The notes under the pieces are model-generated. The model did no database searches. It saw only the letters and a program-made list of their open reading frames with translations, and was not told where the DNA came from. Positions 1 to 9,639 of a stretch of 64,000 nucleotides of DNA are shown here, piece by piece. Each line of letters starts with the position of its first letter. The first letter of the stretch is position 1. The position numbers and the translations under genes were made by a program. The stretch comes from Alphaproteobacteria bacterium (GTDB lineage: Bacteria > Pseudomonadota > Alphaproteobacteria > RF32 > CAG-239), in contig JAFTII010000009.1 in assembly GCA_017457005.1 (NCBI GenBank), positions 3,392 to 67,391 of the forward strand, read 5' to 3'.

Positions 1-1178
1 GTTTCCATCTTTTTACTGATGACATTATACCAATCAACTTTTATTTCCGGAAGCAGGATTCTCCCGCCTTTATTCGGAATATAAACATTTGTTGTTTTTT
101 CTACAGAAACAATTTTACCATTATCTATATTCATCTCCGTAAAAGGTTTCTCCGGATACTGTTTAACCCCTTCAACATCAACAAATTTCAGTTCCGGCAA
201 TTGGCTGTCAATCACTCCTACTGCTCGCAAATATATGTTTCGGCTGACTGCTTCGCCAACTTTAAACTGCGGATTCTTAGGTTCAAACTCGGCATAAATT
301 TCAACATCTTCTGCTGGCAGCCACCACTTATTTGCATTTTCCGATACTGCGGGCAATACTGTGATTTCTATCGGATCCGCATTAAGTTGCACCGGATTCC
401 TTGTTGCAAACACATCGGCAATATCCAAACCATTAACAAAAAAATCATCTGCAAACAACCCTTGGAATGGGTCTCTTCGTTGTTCTTTAGTTAAATAATA
501 CCCGTTAAAACGTACTGCCGGAATTGTTAAATTTCCGCTTTTTTGCGGAAACAACGCATAGCTAAACTTAATTTCCCGATAATTTTTATCATCAATTTTT
601 TTATAATTTATCTGCGGCTCGCCAAGAGTTTTGATTATCCAATCATCACTATTGTTCGTTAAAAACATCGGAGCTTCTCCTTGCAAACCTCCGGCATCAT
701 AAATTGTAAGAGTGTAATTTATTTGTTGTTGAACATAAGGCCTTGTATTATCAACACTTCCTTCAATTTTAAATTTTACAAGATTTTGAGGTTGCTTAAT
801 ATTACTCTGATTAACAGCAATCTCACCGACATTTATATTTAGCGGTTTAGTCTGCAAATTATCCAATTTTATTACCGGAATAGTAAGTTTACCGTTTTTA
901 TTCGGCATCAAAACCAAATTCCATTGCTGAGATTGCTCCACACTTCCGTTTATTATATGGGTTCTATAAGCATTAGATACCGAATAAATTGTAAAATCTT
1001 GCTCCAAAACTGCAAAATCCGGAACATTTGAAGTTTTCCCGTCTTTTAATTCTACAGTTAATAAAAACGTCTCTCCTTCAGGAATATCTGAACGATTTAC
1101 CTTCGCTTCCAAAACCTGAGCTGACAGTTTTCCTGAAATCATTAATCCTAAAAGCAATATAAATATAAATTTTTTCAT
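1..1178 (-). CDS. BatD-like oxygen-tolerance protein; N-terminus complete, runs off the left edge (no stop in window, so absent from the ORF track)
   Basis: My own translation of the minus strand from the ATG at 1176-1178 gives MKKFIFILLLGLMISGKLSAQVLEAKVNRSDIPEGETFLLTVELKDGKTSNVPDF... An open frame continues to position 1. It has a signal peptide and BatD-type repeats, and lies directly downstream of the VWA genes on the same strand. Confidence 0.7.
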   Translation of the reverse strand, partial: MKKFIFILLLGLMISGKLSAQVLEAKVNRSDIPEGETFLLTVELKDGKTSNVPDFAVLEQDFTIYSVSNAYRTHIINGSVEQSQQWNLVLMPNKNGKLTIPVIKLDNLQTKPLNINVGEIAVNQSNIKQPQNLVKFKIEGSVDNTRPYVQQQINYTLTIYDAGGLQGEAPMFLTNNSDDWIIKTLGEPQINYKKIDDKNYREIKFSYALFPQKSGNLTIPAVRFNGYYLTKEQRRDPFQGLFADDFFVNGLDIADVFATRNPVQLNADPIEITVLPAVSENANKWWLPAEDVEIYAEFEPKNPQFKVGEAVSRNIYLRAVGVIDSQLPELKFVDVEGVKQYPEKPFTEMNIDNGKIVSVEKTTNVYIPNKGGRILLPEIKVDWYNVISKKME

Positions 1179-1186
1179 TTTATCAC

Positions 1187-2887
1187 CTATAATTTATTAT
1201 TATATCGTTGCAGTTCAAACTCCTTACGTATAAGCGCCCTTAAAAGGCCTCCCGTATCTTCCGGTATTTCTCTGTATTGTTGTGTTCTTGCCTGAATTTT
1301 TTCATCATATTCTTGTTCCTCTTCACCTTGCTGAACAGCCCCGCCGCTTTGCGCTTGCGGTAAATTATCTTCAACCTGATTTTCACCCGTCAATTGAGAT
1401 TGGTTATTACTTTCATTTTGCTGTTCATCTCCTTTTTGCTCTGAGGTATCAGAATTCTGTTGCTGTTCATTTTCCGCATTACCGGATTGAGGCTTTTGTT
1501 CTTTTTGCTCATTTTCTGTTTTATCGCTACTATTACCCCCGCTACCGGATTGCTCATCCTGTTTCTGCTTATCATTTTGTTCCGTTTGTTGATTTTGCTG
1601 CTGATTCTGCTGATTTTGTTGTTGTTTTTTCAAATATTCCAAATTAAATTTAGCATCTTCATGATTAGGACTTATTTTCAAAACATCTTCATATTTAGCA
1701 ATTGCTTCAGCTATCTTTCCTGACTTTGCCAAAGCATTTCCTTGATTATATAAAGAAGTTACCGAAGTCCCTTTTGCAAATTCCATATAAGCTTTTTCGT
1801 AATTTCCTTGCCTATACAAACTTGCACCTTTCCACTCTGAAATAGAAAATTTCTGTTCCGCACCAACAAAATTTCCTTTGCTGAACTCACGCAATCCTTC
1901 CTGATTATCATTCAAAAAGAAACCAGCTTGAACATTGGCAGAAATTAATAAAAACACTAATATCAAAATACCTTTTCTAAAAAAGTACAAACAACAAACC
2001 AATGGAATTATTAACAAATAATAACCATAATCCAACCAAATTGATTGCCAATTTCTGCTTTTATTTAATTCTAAAGACATTTTGCTGAATTCATTAACCA
2101 ACGTATTGATATCTTCATCACCACTGCTAAGCAGAACATAATTTCCGCCACCTTGTCTTGCTAACATTTCAAGCTTTTCATTCTTTTGCAGATTGATTGA
2201 TAAAACACTAACTTTATACCCTAATGCAGAAGCTTGTTTTGCCTGTTGCAAAGCTTGTTCAAAGCTTTGTCCGGCATCTGATGTCACTAATAATATATTT
2301 CCCTTAATATATTCTGCCTTCTGAAATTTAGTTATGGCTAATTCTATTGCTCTATCAGCTCTGTCTCCGTTTTGTGGTATAATATTCAAATCTACCGCAG
2401 ATAATAAATTAATAATTATATTTGCATCATCACTAAACGGAGAAATAACAAAAGGCTCCGAACTATAAACCATCAAACCGCTTTGAGTACCTTTTAATTG
2501 TTCCAATAAATCTTTTAACTTAAATTTTGCTCTTACCAACCGGCTGGGGGAAACATCTTTATTTTCCATATCCGTAGATAAATTAAGCGCAATCATCAAC
2601 GGATTCTCCGGCTCTAAAGCTTGTATCTCTTGTTTTTCCCAACTTGGTCCTGCCGCCGATATAATTGCAAAAAACAATCCTATTCCTGCCAACCAAGCCA
2701 TTATCTGACGTTGAGAAGAAGACCCCTTTATCAATAAATAACCCAACAGTTTAGAATCTATTACCTTTTCCCAAGAAGACTTACTTACTCCACCTTTAAA
2801 ACTTTTTGCTAACCACCATAAAGGAATTAACAAAAATACCAGAATCCATGGTCTTAAGAAATGAAAACTTACTAACCATTCTTCCAT
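1187..2887 (-). CDS. BatB/BatC-like fusion: TM + von Willebrand factor A domain + TM + TPR repeats + Q/N/E-rich low-complexity tail
   Basis: 566-aa ORF. TPR-like segments are YRQGNYEKAYMEF and YNQGNALAKSGKIAEAIAKYEDVL. Its start overlaps the stop of the upstream VWA gene at 2887. Confidence 0.7.
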   Translation of the reverse strand: MEEWLVSFHFLRPWILVFLLIPLWWLAKSFKGGVSKSSWEKVIDSKLLGYLLIKGSSSQRQIMAWLAGIGLFFAIISAAGPSWEKQEIQALEPENPLMIALNLSTDMENKDVSPSRLVRAKFKLKDLLEQLKGTQSGLMVYSSEPFVISPFSDDANIIINLLSAVDLNIIPQNGDRADRAIELAITKFQKAEYIKGNILLVTSDAGQSFEQALQQAKQASALGYKVSVLSINLQKNEKLEMLARQGGGNYVLLSSGDEDINTLVNEFSKMSLELNKSRNWQSIWLDYGYYLLIIPLVCCLYFFRKGILILVFLLISANVQAGFFLNDNQEGLREFSKGNFVGAEQKFSISEWKGASLYRQGNYEKAYMEFAKGTSVTSLYNQGNALAKSGKIAEAIAKYEDVLKISPNHEDAKFNLEYLKKQQQNQQNQQQNQQTEQNDKQKQDEQSGSGGNSSDKTENEQKEQKPQSGNAENEQQQNSDTSEQKGDEQQNESNNQSQLTGENQVEDNLPQAQSGGAVQQGEEEQEYDEKIQARTQQYREIPEDTGGLLRALIRKEFELQRYNNKL

Positions 2888-3918
2888 TAATAAGCCCTCC
2901 GTAATACTAAAGCCAAAGCCATACTCATTAAGATTGCAGCCATTAACGGAATATAATACAACTCTTTGACTTCCCTAATAAATCTTCCTTGTGCAGAATT
3001 CCCCTCCAACTGATCTATCAGATCATATATTTTTTGTAAATCCGTTGCACTTTCTGCTCTGAAATATTGACCTTTTGTGACAGCCGCCAACGCTTTTAAG
3101 CCTTTTTCATCAACTTGTGGATTCAACGCTGAAAATAATCCCAAAAACATATTTTTATTACCCACTCCGATTGTATAAGTCTTTATTCCTTCAGCTTCTG
3201 CTAATTTTATTGCTTGAGCCATAGATAAACTGCCGTCATTACTCTCTCCATCCGTAAGTAATACAATTGCTTGTCCGTTTTTAGAAATTTTGTTTTTATT
3301 CGCCATGTTTTTGAGAGCCAGTCCTAAAGCATCTCCGATACTGGTTGAATCTCCTGCCATTCCGGCATCCATAAGCCACAATATTTCTGTCAATGATTGC
3401 TTATCATACGTAAGTGGCGATTGCAAATAAGCTCGTGTTCCAAATAACACTAAACCAACTCTATCATTTGCACGCTTTCTAACAAAATCCGCAGCCGCAT
3501 TTTTAACTGCTGTCAACCGATCTATTCTACGGTTACCCAACACAAAATCATTAGCCAACATAGATGTTGAAATATCCAACACCAGCATAATATCTCGGCT
3601 TTCTTCTTTTACCCTCACCGGTTCTCCCAACCATTGTGGACGAGCCAAAGCCGTAATCAACAAAAACCAAATCGCAAATAACAACCAAAAATTTTTAGAA
3701 TATCGGTTATTGTCTCCTCCACTACCGATTTTCCATACATTACCGGATTTTATTGATATTTTTTCTAAATCCCCGATAAAAGGTATTTTTAAAGCATCTC
3801 CATGCAATCCTTTTACCGGCGGCAATAAAAACCTCCACAAAAAAGGTAACCCCAACAAAACAAAAAACCACGGATACGCAAAATGTGTCATAAATTTTCT
3901 CCTATCCATTCTCGGCAA
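2887..3918 (-). CDS. batA: BatA-like membrane VWA-domain protein
   Basis: 343 aa. MIDAS-type DxSxS motif in MLVLDISTSMLA, and LLTDGESN. TM helices at the N and C termini. Lies in an operon with DUF4381-like, BatB/C-like and BatD-like genes. Confidence 0.75.
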   Translation of the reverse strand: MPRMDRRKFMTHFAYPWFFVLLGLPFLWRFLLPPVKGLHGDALKIPFIGDLEKISIKSGNVWKIGSGGDNNRYSKNFWLLFAIWFLLITALARPQWLGEPVRVKEESRDIMLVLDISTSMLANDFVLGNRRIDRLTAVKNAAADFVRKRANDRVGLVLFGTRAYLQSPLTYDKQSLTEILWLMDAGMAGDSTSIGDALGLALKNMANKNKISKNGQAIVLLTDGESNDGSLSMAQAIKLAEAEGIKTYTIGVGNKNMFLGLFSALNPQVDEKGLKALAAVTKGQYFRAESATDLQKIYDLIDQLEGNSAQGRFIREVKELYYIPLMAAILMSMALALVLRRAY

Positions 3919-4364
3919 AATTTACGCACTTTAATTACATCATCTTTAGAATAACCCTTTGTTTCTTCCGGAATATATGGAGCATTTATTAACAATTCCG
4001 CTGCTTTACCGGTCAGTGGCACTTTTTGTTTTGAATTCAAAAAAGCAATCCATTCATCGCCTGACAACACTGCCGCTTCTTTATATTTAAATACACAAAC
4101 TCTACGCAAAATTTCAGACATTTGCACAACAGATGATATGGTATTATTACAATATATATTATTTAACAAATACAATGCATACCTTTTTTTTGATTTTCTT
4201 CGCAAAACCATAATTAAATGTATAAGCACTATCACTAAAACAACCGCAAACAAAATAATCCCCCAACCATATCCGGGAGGAAACGCAGGCACCCCTTCTG
4301 GCAAATGAATATCTCTTAATTCCGGCAGATTATTATCTTGCATTTTTTTATTCCGATACAACAT
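3888..4364 (-). CDS. DUF4381-like small membrane protein of the Bat/MoxR operon
   Basis: 158 aa. LPELRDIHLPEGVPAFPPGYGWGIILFAVVLVIVLI is followed by a basic stretch. It sits immediately upstream of batA and overlaps it. Confidence 0.55.
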   Translation of the reverse strand: MLYRNKKMQDNNLPELRDIHLPEGVPAFPPGYGWGIILFAVVLVIVLIHLIMVLRRKSKKRYALYLLNNIYCNNTISSVVQMSEILRRVCVFKYKEAAVLSGDEWIAFLNSKQKVPLTGKAAELLINAPYIPEETKGYSKDDVIKVRKFCREWIGENL

Positions 4365-4422
4365 TAAAAATCTAATTAAATTTAAGGATTATTTACGTAA
4401 ATATCAAGCCTTTTAACAAATA

Positions 4423-4450
4423 AAACCCGAAACAAATTTGTTTCGGGTTT
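4423..4450. terminator. Rho-independent terminator hairpin (bidirectional shape)
   Basis: aaacccgaaacaaatttgtttcgggttt is a perfect stem flanked by A and T runs. Confidence 0.6.
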
Positions 4451-4525
4451 TATAATAACTCTCTCAAAAGCTATTGCTTTTTCTTCCTGTTTTTTGCTTT
4501 TTCAACACGACATAAGGCTGCTTCC

Positions 4526-4801
4526 CTACGTTCTTGTTGTTTTTTTTAACACTTCTGGAGAACAAGAAATAACCTTTCTACGAGAACCGAGCCTTACTCC
4601 ATCAAGATAACAAATCAATTGTCCTTCAGCATTTTCAATCTCCAAACATTGTCCGGGTTTGGGACGACCTATTCCCTGAAACTGAACTCGTAAAATTTCT
4701 ACTTTCTCAAATTCAAAATCGCTATCAATCAAGCTTTTTTTAAAAAAGAGCGTGAAATATTTATTACTTTCCACAACCTCTTCAATTTTTAAACGTATCA
4801 T
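4526..4801 (-). CDS. Hypothetical 91-aa protein
   Basis: ORF only; no recognisable motif. It lies between the tyrS end and a terminator. Confidence 0.4.
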   Translation of the reverse strand: MIRLKIEEVVESNKYFTLFFKKSLIDSDFEFEKVEILRVQFQGIGRPKPGQCLEIENAEGQLICYLDGVRLGSRRKVISCSPEVLKKTTRT

Positions 4802-4899
4802 AATTTTTGGGTTTAATTTAATAAAAATTCTTGTCTAAAAATAACATAACTCATTTTAGACAAAAATCAAGTTTTTTGTGTAAGACATTCAAAAAGAAA

Positions 4900-6147
4900 T
4901 TACAACTTGACTATACCGTGCTTTTTCTTTCCCTGAGAAATTTTAGCCTGCCCATCTATAAAATCCTCCTTTATTAAACGATAATTTTCATCTGTAATAA
5001 CCTTATCGTTTAATTTAAGACCGCATTGTTTAATCAGTCTTCGTGCCTCTCCTTTACTTGACACAAAACCAATATCCATAAACGCATCTAAAATCCCCAT
5101 CCCTTCAGAACCAGATATTTGCGGCAATTCCCCTCCGGCAAACCCTTGCTCAAAAATCTGTACTGCTGTTTTTTGAGCTTTTTCAGCTTCTTCAAGTCCT
5201 CTGCAAATTTTAGTAGCTTCAAAAGCCAGTATCTTTTTCGCTTCATTAATTTCCTGATCTTTCAAAGCTTCCAGTTTGTATATTTCATCCATTGGCAAAT
5301 CTGTATAGATTCGCAAACATTTACCAACTTCAGAATCCCCAATATTTCTAAAATATTGATAATAATCATAAGACGGTAATTTTTCTTCATTAATCCAAAC
5401 GGCATTACCTTCAGACTTACCCATTTTTTTGCCGTTAGAATCAGTTATAATCGGGCTGGTAAAGCCAAATAATTCAACATCTAACTTTCTTCTTCCCAAT
5501 TCCGTTCCGGAAGTAATGTTTCCCCACTGATCCGAACCTGCAATTTGAGCTCTACAGTCATATTTTTGATATAATTTCACAAAATCATATCCTTGAAGCA
5601 ACATATAATTAAACTCCAAGAAACTCATCGGTTGTTCTCTCTCCAAACGAGATTTAACGCTATCCATTGTAAGCATTCTGTTAACAGAATAATATGTTCC
5701 GATATCACGCAAAAAGGCAAGATAATTTACATCTTTAAACCAATCCCAATTATCTACCATCTCCGCATCATTAGCCCCTGTTCCGAATTTCAAAAACTTT
5801 GCAAAAGATTTTCTTAAACCGGCATTATTAAACTCCAATTGTTCCTCAGACAAAAACGGACGCAACTTATCTTTACCGGAAGGATCGCCGATTCTCGCCG
5901 TTGCTCCTCCTACTAAAGCAATCGGCTTATGCCCGCATTTTTGGAACCAGCGCAACATCATTAAAGGCACAATATGCCCCACATGCAAACTATCCCCCGT
6001 AGGATCGGATCCCAAATATCCTACTGCCGGTTTTCCGCTTTTTTCACAATCATATAAATAATCATCAAAGCCTTGTTCATTTGTACACTGATTATAAAAA
6101 CCTCGTTCAACCATAATATTAATAAATTGGGATTTAAATTGAGCCAT
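4900..6147 (-). CDS. tyrS: Tyrosine--tRNA ligase
   Basis: HIGH motif (LHVGH), KMSKS motif (KMGKS) and a C-terminal S4-like domain. The start was moved to the ATG at 6147 (MAQFKSQF), which follows AAGGA. The maximal ORF begins with GTG at 6171. Confidence 0.95.
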   Translation of the reverse strand: MAQFKSQFINIMVERGFYNQCTNEQGFDDYLYDCEKSGKPAVGYLGSDPTGDSLHVGHIVPLMMLRWFQKCGHKPIALVGGATARIGDPSGKDKLRPFLSEEQLEFNNAGLRKSFAKFLKFGTGANDAEMVDNWDWFKDVNYLAFLRDIGTYYSVNRMLTMDSVKSRLEREQPMSFLEFNYMLLQGYDFVKLYQKYDCRAQIAGSDQWGNITSGTELGRRKLDVELFGFTSPIITDSNGKKMGKSEGNAVWINEEKLPSYDYYQYFRNIGDSEVGKCLRIYTDLPMDEIYKLEALKDQEINEAKKILAFEATKICRGLEEAEKAQKTAVQIFEQGFAGGELPQISGSEGMGILDAFMDIGFVSSKGEARRLIKQCGLKLNDKVITDENYRLIKEDFIDGQAKISQGKKKHGIVKL

Positions 6148-6243
6148 TTTATTTTCCTTAAACATACTCACATTAATAACTAAATTTTAACGCATATTAA
6201 CATAATATTTGAGCATTGCAAGATAGGAGTTTTATTTTTCGCT

Positions 6244-7344
6244 ATGGATACCCTTCATCCCCAAAAAGTTTTGGGCTTAATCAGCGGTTCATCATTAGAT
6301 GGTGTTAATGCAGCCATAATCACTACTGACGGCTTTGATATCTTTGATTTTGGATTAATTTCAGATATTCCCTATGATGATGAGCTAAGAGAAAAATTAC
6401 AATTTGCACATAAAAACTATCAGACAATTCCTAATAATGAACAAAAACGCCTAAGTAATGAATTAACAGAATTTCACACTCAAATTGTTAAAGAAATTCA
6501 ATCTTCCGACACTTCTAAAATAGATTTAATCGGATTTCACGGGCATACAATTGTTCACAAACCTGAAGAACATTTTATTTTAGATATCGGAGACGGACAA
6601 ATGTTAGCAAACTCCACCGGTATCAAAACCGTATCACGTTTCAGACAATCAGATATTTTGTCAGGAGGACAAGGAGCTCCTCTATCCTCGGTATATCACC
6701 AAGCTTTAAGCGTATCTCTACCCAAACCGGTTGTTTTTGTTGATATTGGAGGCATTTCCAGCCTGACTTGGATTGGAAATAACGGAGAAATGCTTTCTTT
6801 TGATATCGGCCCCGGCAACAACATAATCAACGATTGGGTTCTAAAACACAGTGGACAGCACATGGATTACAACGGAACCCTTGCCGCTTTAGGCAATATT
6901 CATTCTGAAATTGTCAAACAATTACTTCATCACAAATTTTTAGCTAAACACCCTCCCAAAGCTGCTGATAAAAGCACTTTTACCGAAAAATCCGAACACC
7001 TTGAAGGATTAAATTTAAATGACGGCGCCGCAACTGCCACTCAATTTATTGCCGAAGCAATAGCTTATTCCATAGCTTTTCATCTTCCTGAACCGCCCAA
7101 ACTTTTAGTTTTATGCGGAGGGGGAGCATTAAACCCCACATTGGTAAGATTTATTCGTCGTCAATTGCCGGAAATTGAAGTCAAAACAAGCTCTGACTTT
7201 AATTGGCACCCACAAGCTATTGAGGCTCAAGCTTTTGCTTTTTTGGCAGCCCGAAGAATTAACCTTATCCCATCAAGTTACTCTTTTACAACCGGAGTTC
7301 CCAATGCCTGTATCTGCGGTGAAGTATTTATTCCTCAAATTTAG
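6244..7344 (+). CDS. anmK: Anhydro-N-acetylmuramic acid kinase
   Basis: 366 aa. The N-terminal GLISGSSLDGVNAA, plus FHGHT and SGGQGAPL, are typical of the AnmK/UPF0075 family. Confidence 0.85.
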   Translation: MDTLHPQKVLGLISGSSLDGVNAAIITTDGFDIFDFGLISDIPYDDELREKLQFAHKNYQTIPNNEQKRLSNELTEFHTQIVKEIQSSDTSKIDLIGFHGHTIVHKPEEHFILDIGDGQMLANSTGIKTVSRFRQSDILSGGQGAPLSSVYHQALSVSLPKPVVFVDIGGISSLTWIGNNGEMLSFDIGPGNNIINDWVLKHSGQHMDYNGTLAALGNIHSEIVKQLLHHKFLAKHPPKAADKSTFTEKSEHLEGLNLNDGAATATQFIAEAIAYSIAFHLPEPPKLLVLCGGGALNPTLVRFIRRQLPEIEVKTSSDFNWHPQAIEAQAFAFLAARRINLIPSSYSFTTGVPNACICGEVFIPQI

Positions 7345-8024
7345 AATATTTGACCGATAAAATCCATAAACCAATTAAAATTTTTATCATTAAGATATGC
7401 AATTAAGCGCTGATACGTCCATACACCATTCCAGCCTTTAGAATTAAATGCCAGCATAGAACCGATTGCCCACATATTTGCCGAAGGCAAGAACATCGCA
7501 CAAAATTTATAAGAAACCTTTGGTAGATCTGTTTGTTTTTCATGTATTTGCGAACCTACTGTATCTAAATGATAGCCGATAAAATATCCCATAACTCCAT
7601 TTAAAATCAAATTTGCAGGAGCAAACAAAGTGTAAACCGAAAATGCAATCATATAAAACAAACCAAATAAAGGAAAAAAATACGGAGCAATAACAATAAG
7701 CCAATTTCCTTGCCCCTCAAAGGCCATTTCTCCTCCGGAATTATCCCCCTCAACACGAATTCCTTTAACCTTATGAAAAGTTATAAAAGCAAAAAAAGCA
7801 TGCGTCATTTCATGAGCAATGATTTCCATGTTTGCTTTTACTGCAGAATCCATCATGGAACGAGCAATAAAAAACATAAAAAATCCAGCCAATAAAGCCA
7901 TATATCTCCAAGTTACAAAAGGAAAACAATATAAAGATTGAATATACGCAGGCAACGACAATAACATAAATATTGCCAAAGGCCATTTTATTAGTTCAAT
8001 AAATTTATCAATCAAATAACTCAT
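7341..8024 (-). CDS. Polytopic membrane protein with HExxH motif, M50B-like putative zinc metalloprotease
   Basis: 227 aa. HEMTHAFFA is followed by GIRVEGDNSGGE, resembling the HExxH...G.R...D.SG pattern of the Peptidase_M50B family. Several TM helices. Confidence 0.55.
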   Translation of the reverse strand: MSYLIDKFIELIKWPLAIFMLLSLPAYIQSLYCFPFVTWRYMALLAGFFMFFIARSMMDSAVKANMEIIAHEMTHAFFAFITFHKVKGIRVEGDNSGGEMAFEGQGNWLIVIAPYFFPLFGLFYMIAFSVYTLFAPANLILNGVMGYFIGYHLDTVGSQIHEKQTDLPKVSYKFCAMFLPSANMWAIGSMLAFNSKGWNGVWTYQRLIAYLNDKNFNWFMDFIGQIF

Positions 8025-8198
8025 CTTTACCTCTTTATATGAAACATCATAACTTGCAAATTAAAAATATCAACCATATTAACTCTTCTTCAACATTTCT
8101 TATTTATCATGCTAACATAAACTTTTAAAGTTTATCGGGGTGTGTGTTACGCTTCCCCATAAGATATCGCCACCCCGCTACCAAATAAGGAAATAACA

Positions 8199-8498
8199 AT
8201 GACAAAAGAAGACCTTAATTCTTATGACTTTTTAATAAATGAAGAAGATGAAGTAATGCTGTTACTTTATGCGCGAGAATCTGCTCCGCAAAATTCTACC
8301 ATTGAAATATCCGTAGAAAACAAATCTGCCGTATTCTACAGAAATGCAGATGATGTCTTAAATCTTACTGATATACCGGATGAAGTACTTGATTGCTTTG
8401 CTGATACAGATAAACTTCTAGTCTGTGAAATAAGCCACGAAGAAGACGAAAAAGACACACAAATAACCTATGCTTATGAAGCTGAAATTACTGATTAA
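8199..8498 (+). CDS. Hypothetical acidic 99-aa protein
   Basis: ORF preceded by AAGGAAATAACA and followed by a strong terminator. No recognised domain. Confidence 0.45.
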   Translation: MTKEDLNSYDFLINEEDEVMLLLYARESAPQNSTIEISVENKSAVFYRNADDVLNLTDIPDEVLDCFADTDKLLVCEISHEEDEKDTQITYAYEAEITD

Positions 8499-8528
8499 AA
8501 AAAACACCGCAATTGCGGTGTTTTTTTT
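8497..8528. terminator. Bidirectional rho-independent terminator between the 99-aa ORF and rplQ
   Basis: aaaaaaaacaccgcaattgcggtgtttttttt. Confidence 0.75.
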
Positions 8529-8542
8529 ATTATTGATCAGAA

Positions 8543-8995
8543 CTATTTGTTTTCGGCATTTTCTGATTTTGCAGCTTCTGCAGCGGCAGCTTTTTCAGCT
8601 GCAACACGAGCCAAATCTTTAGCTCCTTTAGCATTAACATCACGATCAACCAACTCAATAATCGCCATATCAGCAGCATCACCATAACGGAAACCTGCTT
8701 TCAAAACTCTAGTATAACCGCCATTACGTTCTTTATAACGTTCAGCCAATGTAGAAAACAACTTAGCTACAACTTCTTTATCACGCAAGAAAGACAATGC
8801 CTGACGACGATTCGCCAAACCACCTTTTTTACCTAAAGTAATCATATTATCTACAAAAGTTCTCAAAGCTTTAGCTCTTTGAACAGTAACTTTAATCTGT
8901 TCGTGAGTCAAAACAGCTGCGGTCAAGTTAGAAAACAATGCTTTACGAGCATTTGTATCCATATTCAACTTAACATGTTTAACACCGTGTCTCAT
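8543..8995 (-). CDS. rplQ: 50S ribosomal protein L17
   Basis: [24 protein letters not shown]...[27 protein letters not shown] is the canonical L17 sequence, with an Ala/Lys-rich C-terminal tail. Confidence 0.95.
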   Translation of the reverse strand: MRHGVKHVKLNMDTNARKALFSNLTAAVLTHEQIKVTVQRAKALRTFVDNMITLGKKGGLANRRQALSFLRDKEVVAKLFSTLAERYKERNGGYTRVLKAGFRYGDAADMAIIELVDRDVNAKGAKDLARVAAEKAAAAEAAKSENAENK

Positions 8996-9206
8996 GACAT
9001 TTTCCTTTCATTTTTCTCTGGCCTGCAATACAGACCGTATCAAAACCATGATTCTTACTACACAAAATATATAAGAACCCTTTAATCGTTTGCGTTTTTA
9101 ACATACTAATTTTACAAAAGCAAGTATTATTTTATTGAAATTTAAAGCAAAATATGCTATTAGACGACTTAGAAAAAAATTATTATTAATATTAACTTAC
9201 AAAATT

Positions 9207-9596
9207 ATGAAAAAGTTTTTTAATCTGCTTAAAATCACTATCTGTGTTATAGTATTTTTGGCAATTTGTTATGGTGCATTCAAGTTCAATGCCGTTGCCG
9301 CTGCAAAATTTTGCGGAATTTTTGTTGGCTCGTTAATCATTTTAGCGATTGCCTTTCTTACCGAAAGTTTCATCAGAAAGCGAAATTTACAGCTCTCCCA
9401 AACACTGAAAAGCATCCTTGCCGTACCAACACTAATTGTTTGTATCCTACCGGGAATAACTATGGTATGGATTATTGGGGCCGCAGCAATCGCTTTCGGA
9501 TTGCCTTTTTTCAGTAATGCATTTTTAGCCGGCATTGTAATTATGCTGGTCTTCGTCTTTTTTCTTTTTATCTATTTAGAAAGAACAAACAAATAA
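9207..9596 (+). CDS. Hypothetical small membrane protein (4 predicted TM)
   Basis: Hydrophobic ORF. The start was placed at the first ATG (MKKFFNLLKI); the maximal ORF begins with TTG at 9135. Confidence 0.45.
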   Translation: MKKFFNLLKITICVIVFLAICYGAFKFNAVAAAKFCGIFVGSLIILAIAFLTESFIRKRNLQLSQTLKSILAVPTLIVCILPGITMVWIIGAAAIAFGLPFFSNAFLAGIVIMLVFVFFLFIYLERTNK

Positions 9597-9604
9597 AAAG
9601 AAAC

Positions 9605-9638
9605 AAAATCCCTTTCTGAATGACAGAAAGGGATTTTA
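9605..9638. terminator. Bidirectional terminator hairpin
   Basis: atccctttctg aatga cagaaagggat, flanked by A and T runs. It abuts the htpG stop. Confidence 0.7.
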
Positions 9639-9639
9639 T

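Noticed and set aside
201-494. 97-aa plus-strand ORF from the track
   Set aside because: It lies antisense inside the long open minus-strand frame that I translated as a BatD-like protein. It has an odd Cys/Phe/Ile-rich composition and no RBS.
1282-1723. Plus- and minus-strand ORFs (1282-1647, 1390-1575, 1460-1723) and a possible short-period repeat or CRISPR-like region
   Set aside because: They overlap the Q/N/E-rich tail of the BatB/C-like gene. The periodicity is codon-level low complexity (caa/cag/aat runs), not repeat-spacer architecture, and the alternative frames give implausible peptides.
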